Origin: Haliotis rubra
Taxonomy: Eukaryota
Direction: 5' to 3'
Length of the DNA: 64,000 bases
Assembly (NCBI RefSeq): GCF_003918875.1
Contig: NW_025765725.1
Location: 124,001-188,000, forward strand
Each line of letters opens with the position of its first letter. Positions within the stretch are counted from its first letter, which is position 1. The notes beneath the pieces were generated by a model, which saw nothing but the letters and a program-made list of their open reading frames with translations, had not been told where the DNA came from and ran no database searches. Below are positions 1-13,254 of the stretch, in pieces. A program made the translations under genes and the position numbers.

Positions 1-69
1 TTTTTCAATGCGTAATTGGAAATTTTCTATGCGTATTTTACCCGGATACGCAGTTTATTTGGGCCTCTG
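1..69. mobile_element. Probable terminus of a hAT-like DNA transposon, truncated by the window edge
   Basis: Ends TTATTTGGGCCTCTG (reverse complement CAGAGGCCCAAATAA, a CAG-start hAT-style terminus). ATGCGTA/TACGCA subterminal motifs are repeated. The other end is not in the window. Confidence 0.35.
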
Positions 70-299
70 TCAGTCATCTGATGGCATTTGCAGACTTTCT
101 CTATAGAAATATCATTGATTGTTTTGCATACCTTGTATATCAGCACCATTGTACCTATCAACGTCACACATTGACTACATGTACTGTACCTATAAATGCG
201 TTAAAAATGGTAAATTTAAAAGAACACAAAAACTTTGGTCTGGGTTAGACCCAAATTTACTTTCTTTTCTCCAGATGTATTTCCTGTAGAATATCTGAA

Positions 300-3200
300 G
301 TTCACGTCAGTCTGAAAGCCACATCAATACTCACAGAGAACAATGAGTTCATATCACAACGATATTAAAAAATATATACCATTACAAGCAATCCCTATTG
401 GAATAACTATTGTTTACAGTAAGTGTAGATAATCTCTCCTTCAAGACAAATTATTTGCAAAGAGCACATCCAATTGCTACAGTGCTACAAATTATTTACA
501 ATCAGCTTGCCATATGTAAGCTACAGATTTATGATCTCTGCACGGTTTTAATTGTAATAATTCGGGCAAAGAAATAAACACGGACTCTGTTGATAACCCG
601 AGGTTGGCAAAGAGCGCACCTGGACGGTTTCTCAGGTATGTCTGACGGCGAACAGAATCAACCTGTATCATTACTAAGGATGCACATGTTGAGAAGAGCA
701 TCGCACCAACTGATTAGATGCAGTATTTGGTGCAGACGCGTTAATTAAATCTTAGACAGTTACAGTAGATTTACGATATTGTGCTGCAATGTGCCCGGTC
801 ACTGTAGACAGTGGTGCTGGGAGAATGTTCTTCACCAGGTGGCAGGCCTCAGTTGTACCTCATTCTCCACACCGCTGAAAGCAGAAATAAGCTGGAAATA
901 CACTATCACTATCTACCCTTGACTTACATCGCCTTGCTGTTGTTGCTGGGAAATTGACAATATTTGTCTTCTTCTTCATGTCATTCCGTATTTCGGTCAA
1001 TGCTTCTCCACGTTATAAATCTTCTTGTTTAATGATAATAATTTATGTGTGAATTCTAATCATCTTGAGATGCCAATATTTGACAAACTTGGTACAGTCT
1101 TCTTGAAACAAAATCAGATTAATTACGGCAACTCCACACCATTACCGCCGTCATTAATGATCGTCTTGCTGGTCAAACGCATTTTTTTCAGATCTTTTAA
1201 AAGAGATTGTTCCAAACATAGACTGTCAAAAACGAAATTGCTACATATAACTAGAGATTTGCACGTGTCAAATGATACTTAAGAGAAGTTCTTCCAGTTC
1301 TGGTCACCATGTTATGTTTGTAAAGTGTGTTTGGTAGTTAGAGTTACCTGGTAATAAGTGAGTGAGTGAGTTTGGTTTTACGCCCCTTTTAGCAATATTC
1401 CAGCAATATCACGGCGGGGGACACCAGAAATGGGCTTAACACATTGTACCCATGTGGGGAATCGAACCCGGGTCTTCGGCGTGACGAGCGAACGCCTTAA
1501 CCATTAGGCTACCCCACCGCCCCTTCCTGGTAATAAAGTCTTACATGCATATACTTAAAACAGTATTCAACAATAATTTATAACCTTAGTATCCTGCTTA
1601 GTTTTGTACTAACTGCTTAAATGTCTATATTTAAAAAATATACACAATAGAAATCATTGTTGCCATTGGGGATAATACTGAGTTCATTCTCATGACAATT
1701 TGTATGTGACCTGTATGTTTTAACTTCTATCAATTATGCATTTGTCTGACTTGGTATTAAATTCTTTCAATAGCTACGATAATTACCCTCTTCCGGGATG
1801 TACTAACTGGTTTTCTGCGCTAGCAGTGTCTTCATGAAATACTCGTCTGGTAGAGGTTTAATCCATGAAGCATGCTTCCTTCTTAACCACCAATACAAGC
1901 CCTCACACTGAAGTACATGCTATTTTGTACGAAAGTCAGTCTTTATTTTTGTGCTGTATGTGTAAACATCCTTGGACCAACACCATTCACAGGTGCAACA
2001 GCTTTTATGCACATCTTATTTTCCTTTTTAGCTCAATTCTTCAGATATCTACCGCGTTTTGTTTACGTAACCACGTACATGAGCAAACATACATCGACGA
2101 ACATATTCACACACAAATATAGGTGAACTCACGTGTACCCCTGCCATGTCTCGCTCCCAACGTGGTTTTAACATTCATTATCATAAGTTACCAGTTATTA
2201 GCCCAATTCATAAACGCCGCCATTTAATTGAACCCTTTTCGGTATGTTGTATTCCTGTGTTAGTGAATCGGTGACGGTTTGCCGATCGTTTTGTACTGCA
2301 TTGACGGTTTTCTTAAACGAAGGCGTGATGGAAAGACAAACACATTCAAGGCTATCTTTAGTCCATTGAAAGGTTCTTGATTGAAGATAAGGATCTTTTC
2401 TGGCATCTGTTTGTGACATGCGTACCTGTTAAAGACAGGTACGTCTATTCTTAATTGTAATGGTTCTTGTAAAAAATCCTTCACCAGGTGTTCTTCAAAC
2501 GCCTGTTGTAAAACATAAGGACAAATAGGAAACCATGGCGCATTAAGACAGAAACTGTTTTGAGAAACTGTTAAAAATCCGACATTTGTGTTGTGTAAGT
2601 ATGATGACTAAAAGTAAGGACCTGTACTTATCCATCTGTTTCAATTCACTGGGGATTGGTGGTAGTCTTCGTCCAAAGTCTTTTTGTGGAAGGATTTGTT
2701 TTTCCAAATGGTGTCGTGACATCATCTCGTATCAGGATTTATGGATCATGAGTTGAATGTAATTTCAGATTTGATGATTATGTTGTTTACTATTTACCAG
2801 CACCATATCTGTGTAGGTTCCTTCAAGCCGCTAAGCATCGTTGTTGTACATCATGGTAGAATGTACTCGCACATTAACCTGATAGGTCATGCTGTGACAG
2901 AAATGTTGCCCACAGCAGCGTCAAACCAAACTCCTTCTCTATTTCACAACGTAACATGGCAGCTCATTATATAAATCTCACTTCTTGAAGCTACCAATGG
3001 TTGCAGTACTGCCACCAACCTGCGGGCCATGTAACCACAGGTGACTTCTCTATTGTTGACAATAACAACCCCTGTCATTAAAGTATTCACCAAACTATCG
3101 TGCAAAGTCTAATTCCAACCATTTGGGATCAGACATTTCAAATGTTGTTAAAGCATATGCCAGAACTCGACCAGAACAGAGGAGGAAGTTTTTGAATGTC

Positions 3201-4350
3201 ATCCCGAGCTGGTTAAGTTAGTGTGTGACAATGTCAAACGTAAAAATGAAAAAGATGACACTGACAAAAACCAATTCTGTATCAACCTGCTGTCATCCGA
3301 AGTATGTGTGCCCTACATAAACCGTTGTCGTTATTCCCACTGAAATGAGTAAAACACATCTGATAATGCGATATAGATCACCAACATGTCTACTATGGAA
3401 GACATCTGCCCAAACTATGCATCGGGACTATCAACATGTGCCTTTTTCCGGCATTTCTCTTTTCAAAAGCTTTATAAAAAATCACTACAACGAGATATAA
3501 AGCTTGGCCCACCATTTGTCCCGCCAAATCATTATCGCCAAGATTATTCATAAACCTTAATGAACTAAGAAAGTTTCAAAGCATGTACCTTTAATTTTCG
3601 GAATTACTTTGTACATGTATCAAGTTACATACACCATATATCATACACGGAAAACGTCTGGAAATACTCCATACCTGATTCTCAGAAAATTTCTCAAACT
3701 TGTGGAGAATATTCCCAAATGTCATGCATCAGTGACCAAATGATATATAATGTTGTTTTCTATTTCAAGTTGTACCATATTTTCTCGTCTGCTCTTTTCC
3801 AGCTTGTCAATAGACTTGAACCAGCATGTCTTTGTGACTGGTGTTACTCATCAGCCAGCATATGCTAACCATTTTACATACACCAGGTGTCCTTGCTAAT
3901 TGATAGTGATTCATAAATACATGTTCGTGATTCAGACGGAATGGAAGAGGTCTCTGAAATCTCTGCTGAAAGTAGAGTTAATTGTATAATTTTGACTATG
4001 ACATAAGCATACGTTTTCAAACCATTATCAAAGAGCCATGATGTCAGGTGTTCGCGAAATCGTGATCGAGAGAAGCTGGTGAAACCCACTAAAATTTAGC
4101 CTAATTTATAATAGAAAAATATAAAGATACAAATAAAATCATCGCTGGGTAGAATGCAACGCACGTATTTTACGGAACACTAAGAGAGGGCTCGGACACC
4201 TTTCGCTGCTGTTTTATGATAAAAATGCCTACCATCTGACACCGTAACGTTAGCCATTGCCACATAAAAAGCCAAAGAAGAACACCAGATCCTCGGTTCG
4301 TCGTCAGGAGTAGGCCAGGCCTTCAGCTGATCCTTACACTACAGATGATA
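300..4350 (-). pseudogene. Heavily decayed coding relic, possibly a KDZ/HMGXB3-like (Zisupton/Dileera-type) transposase
   Basis: Manual minus-strand translation across stops and frameshifts gives, in order: GTHTSDD..FLSVSSFSFLRLTLSH (~3230-3313), RVLAYALTTFE..LELDFA/..GVVIVNNREVTCGY (~3030-3170) and LMRHGFLFVLMF (~2510-2547). These resemble HMGXB3-like CxC/KDZ blocks. Interrupted by the SINE at 1358-1523. Family call is by eye. Confidence 0.3.
1358..1523 (-). mobile_element. Full-length tRNA-derived SINE (family A, (CACT)n tail)
   Basis: Minus strand reads GGGGCGGTGGGGTAGCCTAATGG (A box), GGTTCGATTCC (B box), body, then (CACT)n tail. 11-bp TSD CCTGGTAATAA at 1347-1357 and 1526-1536. Confidence 0.95.
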
Positions 4351-4858
4351 CTCGACATATGGCGCACGACTGATTGTGTTAATGCAGTGCACATAACGTC
4401 AATATTTGCTCAGTCTTGTTTGCTAGTTTTATCAGCTTTGATGAAATACACAACTCCTCAGTAACACACATTCGCACTACAACAAGAGCGCGGTAGGTGT
4501 TCACAGGCGTTAGTTGTATAAATCAGATCATATCTGTATGTGCAGTCTCATGCAGCTTTTATCTTAATAACGATAAGATAGATACACATATAGGCTTACC
4601 GATCACTGACAGCCGGCATATGCTATATTCATAACGGTAGTCATAGCCAATACCGGGTCTTCTAGAAGGTAAACGATTCTTAAGACATGGCTTGTATCTT
4701 TCTATTGGCTCCCTGGAGAAGAGATAAGATATGGCAATGTGGTGCTGTTTTTATGACATCTAGAACTGATGTATAATCTCATTTGTGCCAGTTTTTGTCT
4801 CACTGCTGACATGTATGCTTGTGTTTAAGTCACTTTGAATATATTATTAAATGTAGAA

Positions 4859-5048
4859 TATGAAAACCCTTTTGTGCTGGGGTATGGGGTATGATATACC
4901 AAATTTAATCATAATGCTTGAGTCACTATCCACATATACGTGTATTTACTATTTTATAATCTCGATTATGAAAACCCGATTGTGCTTGGAAAGACTGCGT
5001 ATGTTACGCTAAATTTAAACATATTGTTTGACTCAATATCCATCTTAC
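4859..5048. repeat. Diverged two-copy tandem duplication (~108-bp period)
   Basis: TATGAAAACCC..TTGTGCT..AAATTTAA.CATA..TTGA.TCA.TATCCA occurs at ~4859 and ~4967. Confidence 0.65.
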
Positions 5049-5054
5049 ATATAA

Positions 5055-5216
5055 GGGGCGGTGGGGTAGCCTAATGGTTAAAGCGTCTGCTCGTCATGCT
5101 GAAGACCCGGGTTCGATTCCTTACATGGGTACAATGTGTGAAGCCATTACTGCCGTTCCTCGCCGTGATATTGCTGGAACATTGCTAAAAGCGGCGTAAA
5201 AATACACTCACTCACT
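5055..5216 (+). mobile_element. Full-length SINE family A
   Basis: GGGGCGGTGGGGTAGCCTAATGG..GGTTCGATTCC..GCGGCGTAAAA..CACTCACTCACT, colinear with the 1358-1523 copy. Confidence 0.95.
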
Positions 5217-5909
5217 ACCAACAGCTATACTGACCACGAGTCATAAAGCACAGTGTATGTGTGAGGCAACCCACCTCGTTATAGCGTGAGTAAAAACCCA
5301 GTCCGAAAACATGTAATTCGACAATATATTTGGGTCATTGGTGATGATATTTGTGTGCACCATATACTTGCTCGTCGGTCTCAACAAAGTGTTCCATAGT
5401 CAAATACCTTTGGAATTCCTTTTCCTCGACTCACCTAGTCTCACTTGACCTTCAAGTATTCATTTAATTGCTAATTATCATCTGGATTAAATCAACCGAG
5501 CAATGCATTTAAATGGTATTATCAAAAGCACGTGTATTTTAATGACTCCGCATTAAACTCACGCCATAAGTTCGAGCAAGAAGCAAAACGCACATGTAGA
5601 CAGATTATGATTTAAGGCCACCGTATAGAAGCGGTATAACTCCACTCCTTAGAATGTTTTTCAAGATGAAAAAGAGCAATGAAAATAGATGGATTATGAA
5701 TAATTAGTCTTCTTAACACTCACCAAGCAGTTCATATTTCCGTCAAAACTGATACAACTCAAAACTGAATAAAACCACGTGTGAAGTTCTCCCCTTCCAC
5801 AAATATCACCCAGTCATATATGTAACCAACTTTTCCATAAGGTATATGATGGCTTGTGGCCCTGTGTTCAGAGCAGGAGTAAACAGGTCAGAAAATCTCT
5901 AAATATGAT

Positions 5910-6140
5910 GGGGCGGTGGGGTAGCCTAGTGATTAAAGCATTCGCTCGTCACGCCGAAGGCCCGGGTTCGATTCCCCACATGGGTACAACTTGTGAAGCC
6001 CATTTCTGGTGTCCCCCGCAGTGATATTCCTGGAATACTGCTGAGCGAAATATTCTCAAGCACGACGTAAAACCCAATTTCACCTCACCTCACCTCACCT
6101 GGAATATTGCTAAAAAAGGCGTAAAACCATACTCAGCCAG
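5910..6140 (+). mobile_element. SINE family A with a nested retroposon-tail insertion
   Basis: A and B boxes present. 11-bp TSD TCTAAATATGA at 5898-5908 and 6141-6151. An extra internal segment ending in (CACCT)n lies between CCTGGAATA repeats at 6029 and 6098. Confidence 0.93.
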
Positions 6141-6831
6141 TCTAAATATGAAACCCCCCGAAAATAGCAAGACTTTGCTATCCTCATAAACACATTCCTA
6201 CTGGTTTAAAGAGGAAAAATGGCTGTGAAAATCGAATGAAATATATAAGAAGCACAGGGAAATATGCCTCTGTTCATCCTGCAGTGAAGGGGTACCAGGG
6301 TTCTTTACGTCCTTAGGAATTGCGAATGAAAATCGATTGCACATTGATCCAAGAACCGAGATAATAATGCACTTTGAGCAAGCGTTTGGGGTAGAGGATT
6401 TGGCCCATAATACATATGGCCATCATTATTTCATGTGAAAAATACCGAACTGTGCTACCCAATTTCATGTGTTGAAGTCCTTGAACAAATTGTCATCCAT
6501 GCCCAACATAATATGTCATAATTTAATACGAGTGAGTGAGTACAGATATTATAAGGATTTCCGTGATCACATACAGTGGTGATTTGTTTGCATGCTATAT
6601 TATCATGACACAACACAGATAATTTTATAGGAGGGAATATGGATGTACGATACTTATAGCAATAGCTTCGCCACAGCCTTGTGTTCTTGTTTTATCCACA
6701 TGCATGGAGTTGATCCCAGGGCCCCGACGCTTGATCCACATGTCTGCCGCACATCAAATTTAGAACCACTCAGATTTGTAAATAATAACGCTTTCTTAAG
6801 CATAATGAAAGCAGCATAACGAGCTTAACGA

Positions 6832-7346
6832 CCAATGCAGTGATGCACCACTAGCATACATAAAATCCTTAAAGTCCAATGCAGTGATGCACCACTAGCA
6901 TACATAAAATCCTTAAAGTCCAATGCAGTGATGCACCAATGCATACATAATCCTTAACCACTAGCATACATAACATCCTTAAAGTCCAATGCAGTGATGC
7001 ACCACTAGCATACATAACATCCTTAAAGTCCAATGCAGTGATGCACCACTAGCATACATAACATCCTTAAAGTCCAATGCAGTGATGCACCACTAGCATA
7101 CATACCATCCTTAAAGTCCAATGCAGTGATGCACCACTAGCATACATAACATCCTTAAAGTCCAATGCAGTGATGCACCACCAGCATACATAACATCCTT
7201 AAAGTCCAATGCAGTGATGCACCACTAGCATACATAACATCCTTAAAGTCCAATGCAGTGATGCACCACTAGCATACATAACATCCTTAAAGTCCAATGC
7301 AGTGATGCACCACTAGCATACATAACATCCTTAAAGTCCAATGCAG
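6832..7346. repeat. Minisatellite, 44-bp unit, about 11-12 copies
   Basis: Unit AAGTCCAATGCAGTGATGCACCACTAGCATACATAACATCCTTA; period read at 6981 and 7025. Confidence 0.97.
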
Positions 7347-8216
7347 ACTTGCAATGTCAAATGCAAATGTTCAACAATATCGGACATAACGTATTTAAAA
7401 GCCTAATGCAGATTAGCTGATTGGCGAAAACATATGCATACATTTGTAACGGCATCACAAGTTCTGCTCAACTGAGACTATACTGAAGGTGAAACACTTC
7501 CAGGCAATAGTGATGTTTAAGTCTATGTCTGAGGTTGTATTGCCAGCACAGCAGTGTACGTGTTGCAATACTATGTTTATGCATCACACTTTCAGGTGTG
7601 TCTTGAAATAATATCCCCAAAATTGTCTAAAGACATTTTGTTTTTGAAAAGGGACACTCCTGCTGTCTTTGGTGGAGAACATTGATTACATATGCTATTT
7701 TGAAAAGAAAACAAAATCCATATTTGATATCCACAATGGCACGTGTGCAGTGGGAGAGAAAGCAAACAGTGAATTCTTGATCCGACTGTGTAATAAACAT
7801 ACTACGTGATATGCTTTTCCTCCAAAGAAATGTTTCGTATTCCCAGAGATCCTGCTGTGAGAAAAGTAAATATTTTCAATTTTCACGCACCCAATGCTTG
7901 ACCTTTTACTCCGTATTTGAATTCCCGTAGGCCGATTGTTACGTAATATCACTCATCAATGAAAACGATATTTTATCAGGAGATCTGTATGCGATCGAGT
8001 TATCTCCCCTGCGGCTCAAAGTAACTCACAGAAACACTTTGCCATGTGTGCGTTTACGCGCATGGTGCCAGATTTGGCAGACACCTTTTGTGCATTAAAT
8101 TAGATGGTAAGCGCCAGACGGGATTGCCAAACGAAATTGCATCATTCTGACAATCGTTTAAAGCTGTGAAAATAATCGTTTTTCCTCCCGTGTTTGATAA
8201 TGCATGGATCCAGGCT

Positions 8217-8452
8217 GCTACATCAGTACTATGTGGCATTAATACACTTTACATTGAACAGTACACTGTACTATGTGTGTTCTACAGCTACATCAGTACT
8301 ATGTGGCATTAATACACTTTACACTGAACAGTACACTGTACTATTTGTGTTCTACAGCTACAGCAGTACTATATGGCATTAATACACTTTACACTGAACA
8401 GTACACTGTACTATTTGTGTTCTACAGCTACATCAGTACTATGTGGCATTAA
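8217..8452. repeat. Tandem repeat, 70-bp unit, about 3.4 copies
   Basis: GCTACA(T/G)CAGTACT starts at 8217, 8287, 8357 and 8427. The unit contains the palindrome AGTACA-C-TGTACT. Confidence 0.96.
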
Positions 8453-9789
8453 CATTAACCCACTTAACATACTTAAGGTTCCTTCTCGACATAGAGACCC
8501 AAAACAATACATTACAGAGAAAATCACGGTTGAACGTAAAGACCACGCACCCCCAAACATTAACACAGTCTCAGGGTTCGTTTACGTGTCAATGAAAGTT
8601 GCCGGAAGATCATGTGGCGCCATTGTTTATTCCACATCAGTTATTTGGGGTGTCCTCGGGGCAGGACACTCCAAGGTCCCAGAAACCGCAACGTCTGTTT
8701 GTTAAATAAACTTGCCTCTGAGTTACCTGAGATGAGATACTGCTTGTGAGCATCGGTTCCACACAAGCACGTCTGTTTAGGTCTCGTGGTCACCTTGCGG
8801 TATTTCACGAGAACACGTGCTGACTTCTCGCCTTGCGAGAATTCGTGTCACGTGTCATTAGCTTTTAAACCTATTCCTCTGACATTTGTATCGCCTTATC
8901 TTCCCGGAGCATATGATACTTCGACAACATTCAGCGTTATAAACAATTTCAATAATTTGTGGGATATAATTGTCACGTTAGCTGGTATGTTTGCCAGTAG
9001 GTTATATCAGTCGTTAGAGCAGGTTTATCAACCCTATCGTTTACAATGAATGTGGCATTTCAAAGAAGCGCCAACAGACGAATGAAAGGAACTTTATATC
9101 TGCTTGTTTTCTTATGAATATAATGTGCATGATGTGGGGGTATCTGGAGTTGGATTGCAGCAGATGGCGCACAGTGATGGAACACACCTTTGTGATCAGC
9201 TTCATCATTGTTCCAACGTTTAATACCGCGGAGATAATTGGATATTTCCTTCATGCCATGTCAGATCTGCAAATAGATACATTAACTCTGTGGATAAAAC
9301 CGACAGAGCAAATTAACTTCGTTTCCTGTTTTCGTGGCCCATACGCCATATACCCATGCAGTTAATATTGAGGTGTCTTAATCTGTCTACAACATTAATA
9401 CAGGGCAATGGATACGACAGTTTGTCATTTCAACAAATTTGAGGAATCTCCCGTCAAAGCACTTTCCTTTAGGGAATAGAGTTCAGACATGTATCGCTTT
9501 CTTCCCTGCTGTCTGTTGCGATTCACTGATCAAGTGAAAGGTTTTTCAATATAGAACTGCCTTTTTCAGTCATTCCATTCATTTTGAAGGTTAAATGGAG
9601 ATTTCAATTTAGCCAAGGATTTCGTGTGCACATGCAACGAAAGTCTTTCTGTATGTTGTGAAATTATGAATACAATACATTTTAATTGAGTGAGTGTAGT
9701 TTTATGCCGCGTTCACGACAATACAAAAAGTCAGACTACGTGCCAAGGACTCATGGAATATAGATAACAAAAATAGATGTGATGGATAG

Positions 9790-10007
9790 GTTTGGTTTGT
9801 TTGTTGTTTAACGCTGTTAAATATGGCAGCCGTCTGTAAATAATCGAGTCTGGACCAAACAATCCAGTGATCAAAAGCATCAATCTACGCAGTTAGGGTA
9901 CGATGACATGCGTCTCTCGAGTCAGCGAAGCTGTCCACCCGATGTTGTTAGTCTTACCACAAGCATCGGTTGCTGAAGACCAATTCTAACCCGGATCTTC
10001 AGGGGTC
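9790..10007 (-). mobile_element. SINE-like family B copy ((AAAC)n tail)
   Basis: TTGTTTGTTGTTTAACGC..GTCTGTAAATAATCGAGTCTGGACCA.ACAATCCAGTGATCAA..GAAGACCAATTCTAACC is shared with 26439-26603 and, inverted, with 46237-46442. Confidence 0.85.
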
Positions 10008-11438
10008 GGAATAGGCGTGTTTCGACCATCAATCTTTCAATATTGTCAGCAGCAGAGTTCAGACGGTTGGAAACTAGGGCTATTTATTTGATCGACTCAT
10101 TAATTGTATCCGTGTATCCATTATACAGACGTATTCTGCTTCAGTGTGTGACTACATATTTACCCCAGTGTTAAGTCATCCGCAATGTGTGAGATACTGA
10201 CGTTTGCCTGGACTCAATCAATTCCTGCCATCTTTCCACGTGAACTAGAGACAACCTATTTCTATGGTAACATACATGCCATTGGCGGGGACGTCAGATA
10301 GTTCATTAATGTTCACATTTAGCTTTATCTAATGCACTATTCGGCATGTTTTCATTATTCGATAACTGTATGAAAACACGTTTCATTCCCCATAACACTT
10401 GTATAAATACCAATATTTAACCTTTTCCGTGCACAACATCATTTATGAACTTTTGCAAATGCAAGATACACATTTACACGCAGTCATACGGGCGATATAA
10501 CGGCGCTGAATCAACTCAACTTGGCTGTGTTATGTAATCAGATATCATGAATTATACATTGGCATACATTTCCTTTCTTCAAAAAAAATAATCTACGATA
10601 CATCCAGTGGTCACGTGATACTGTGACCACACCTTGCACGTGCAACACACGTTGCATGGATGGACCCCAGCATACAGCATACCCGTGGCGAACTCTCCAG
10701 GGGGCGGTGGACTCTTTGTTTAGTGTCCGCCCAATAGCAGACAATAATCTGTTGTTTCAGAGATGGACGGTTGTGTTTGATTTTCGACAGATATTTTGCT
10801 AACTCTTGCGATACACATTTGTTCTTCTCGTTTGTTTGTATATAATCCATTCCAGGTAAACAATCAAACAAAAGGGCAATTTTCATTATCAGTATTGGTT
10901 CAACTCATCTCGCTGAGGCAATCAAGATTTAATCACTGGAACGGCGTGGCCCTCGACAAAATAGAACTGTTGTGTTCGTAAACAACCCGTACATTATTTT
11001 TACGAATGCAGTCTTATATTTATCACCTTCTTGTTATTTTTATAACCAAATTTTTTATTGATAGTTTGTGTTATAACATTCGTGATTAATTTGGCCCAAA
11101 TTGCTTTTTCTCTGCTTCGCTGTCACACGCAGCATATTGAAATATTCAGATTCGGAATATACATCTCCGGTTCCATGTCTGGCTTAGAATCAGTTAAATG
11201 AGGATCAGGTGGTCTCGTTTAGTGGTCTTTGTTTATTGTATGTCAGTGTACGTCAAGGTCGGGGATAATTGCTCAGCAACCACTGGTTCTACCTTTTAAG
11301 ATAGCAAACATGGTTTTGTGGATGAAAGCATAAAGGAAAATGCACAGTGCCAAAAACCTGAATGGGCAGACCCGAATTGTGATCCAAGATTTTACTCATC
11401 TGAGACAAATCAACCTTCCACTGAACCTACTATAAGTA

Positions 11439-11570
11439 TACTCATGCCAATAGTGGTTGTCACCCCCTCCCCATCCCAACCCCACACATACCCCCACACA
11501 CACACACACCCCACACACCCTCTCCAGTAAAAAAAAATGAAGGGGGTGACAACCATTATTGGCATGAGTA
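11439..11570. mobile_element. Tc1/mariner-type MITE (~132 bp)
   Basis: 32-bp inverted repeats at 11437-11468 and 11541-11572 with 1 mismatch, including flanking TA dinucleotides (TA TSD). Interior is low complexity. Confidence 0.85.
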
Positions 11571-12269
11571 TATATGGTGGCATGTTGTGGTTACCACAAT
11601 TCCAACACAAGGTGCCGGTGTTCCTGGAGAAGCGTAACCTGGAGTACCAGTGTGAAGGCATGTGATGGAAGTGGCTGTAGCTTATGACGAGGATGAAAAA
11701 TATGCAACGTGTGTTAAGTCGCTAAAGCTGGTTTATGCCTGTATCCCAGGGTCACACTCCCAAAGTGAACGTAGAGGTACGGTTGTAACATCCGCCGAGC
11801 GTCTTATGTGGTGAGACTAATTAGATTGTAGATTGTAGGCAGCAGGTTGATGTCACCCTCAAGCAGGTTATGGCAGTGTCTAGTATGCATGTCAGCTCTG
11901 AAGTAGAGAATCGGCCGTTAAAGACATAAGTGTATATCATATTGTAAAGTATATTTATCACATCATAGGTAATAACCAACGTTGTATTCACCTTCGTGCC
12001 TTTAAAATAACAAAACCCCATTGAATCGTGTACCTTATTTCCCATAAAAGAAGAACGATGAATAATTTCCCATCATTTGGTCCCCGATCTACCTTCAGTT
12101 GTTGGCGATCTGTAGCCAGTTTTTATATTGTATTGTCCAAATAGTGCTATTAGTTTTAATTTTCCACACTAGTTTTAGTTGTAATTGTGATATTCTAGTT
12201 GTTTTACTGACCATCGTCGACAGGTTTTTATAATTTACATCTATTCCATATCAATGTCACATATGTTCT

Positions 12270-12331
12270 CGTCACGATATGGCTGTAATATTGCCGATGT
12301 GACGTTAAATAACAACTCACTCACTCACTCA
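12270..12331 (+). mobile_element. Isolated 3' tail of a SINE/LINE with (CACT)n end
   Basis: CACGATATGGCTGTAATATTGCCGATGTGACGTTAAA..CTCACTCACTCACTCA resembles the family A and B tails. Confidence 0.7.
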
Positions 12332-12779
12332 TCTGGTCCCCATTGTGGTTGTAATGTGTGACCTGGCTTAATGTTGGCCACACCACAAGTGTTGTTATTA
12401 CTATTATTATTATTATATCCAGGGTACAGTCGATACCTTGATGATGTACAAGCATGAGTATAGCTCAGTTGAATGACGAGAACAACATGGCCATTAATCT
12501 GTATTGCATGTTAGGCCTCATATATATGACTTTGTTGTGCCTCTACTGCATGCAGTCCTTCAATTACTGTTTCAGCAACACATCGTCACGCTGCTCTGGT
12601 AGTTATCATCGTACAGCAACACCAAAGGTCATTGCTCACTGTATCAACCACTGGTTTACTAGTGAAGATTCTAGAACATATTGTATATCTATATTCATGG
12701 CACCACTGTAACACCTCACTTCTTACCAGAATGTATCCATGTAGATTCCAGGAGACAATAAGATGCCAGATGTAGGTGC

Positions 12780-12966
12780 TTGTGGTAAGAGGGAACTCAA
12801 TTGGTCGATTTGTAAGGCCCCGTAGACTTGGTTGCGTTCATGCCATCCTATCTCAGTTGCGCGGATCGATGCTCATGATGTCGATCACTAAGATTATCTG
12901 GTGTCATTATTTACCAACCACCGTCATGTACTTGGAGATTGCTGAGCTATTACACGACAAACAAGC
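12780..12966 (+). mobile_element. Degenerate family B copy
   Basis: GATCGATGCTCATGATGTCGATCACT..ATTATTTAC..CCGTCAT..ATTGCTGAG..ACAAACAAG is colinear with the other family B copies. Confidence 0.6.
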
Positions 12967-13220
12967 ATACCAGCATGCACTCACCAGATGATATCCAGAT
13001 CGCATACCAGCATGCACTCACCAGAAGATATCCAGATCGCATACCAGCATGCACTCACCAGAAGATATCCAGATCGCATACCAGCATGCACTCACCAGAA
13101 GATATCCAGATCGCATACCAGCATGCACTCACCAGAAGATATCCAGATCGCATACCAGCATGCACTCACCAGAAGATATCCAGATCGCATACCAGCATGC
13201 ACTTACCAGAAGATATCCAG
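12965..13220. repeat. Minisatellite, 37-bp unit, about 7 copies
   Basis: Unit GCATACCAGCATGCACTCACCAGAAGATATCCAGATC (starts 12965, 13002). Stop-free on the plus strand, which explains ORFs 12939-13302. Confidence 0.97.
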
Positions 13221-13254
13221 TTTAGGCTTGTCTCATACCATATCATACTTAGGA

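Noticed and set aside
1358-1523. tRNA genes at the A/B-box motifs (here and in other copies)
   Set aside because: The heads run into a shared SINE body and microsatellite tail with TSDs, so they are retroposons.
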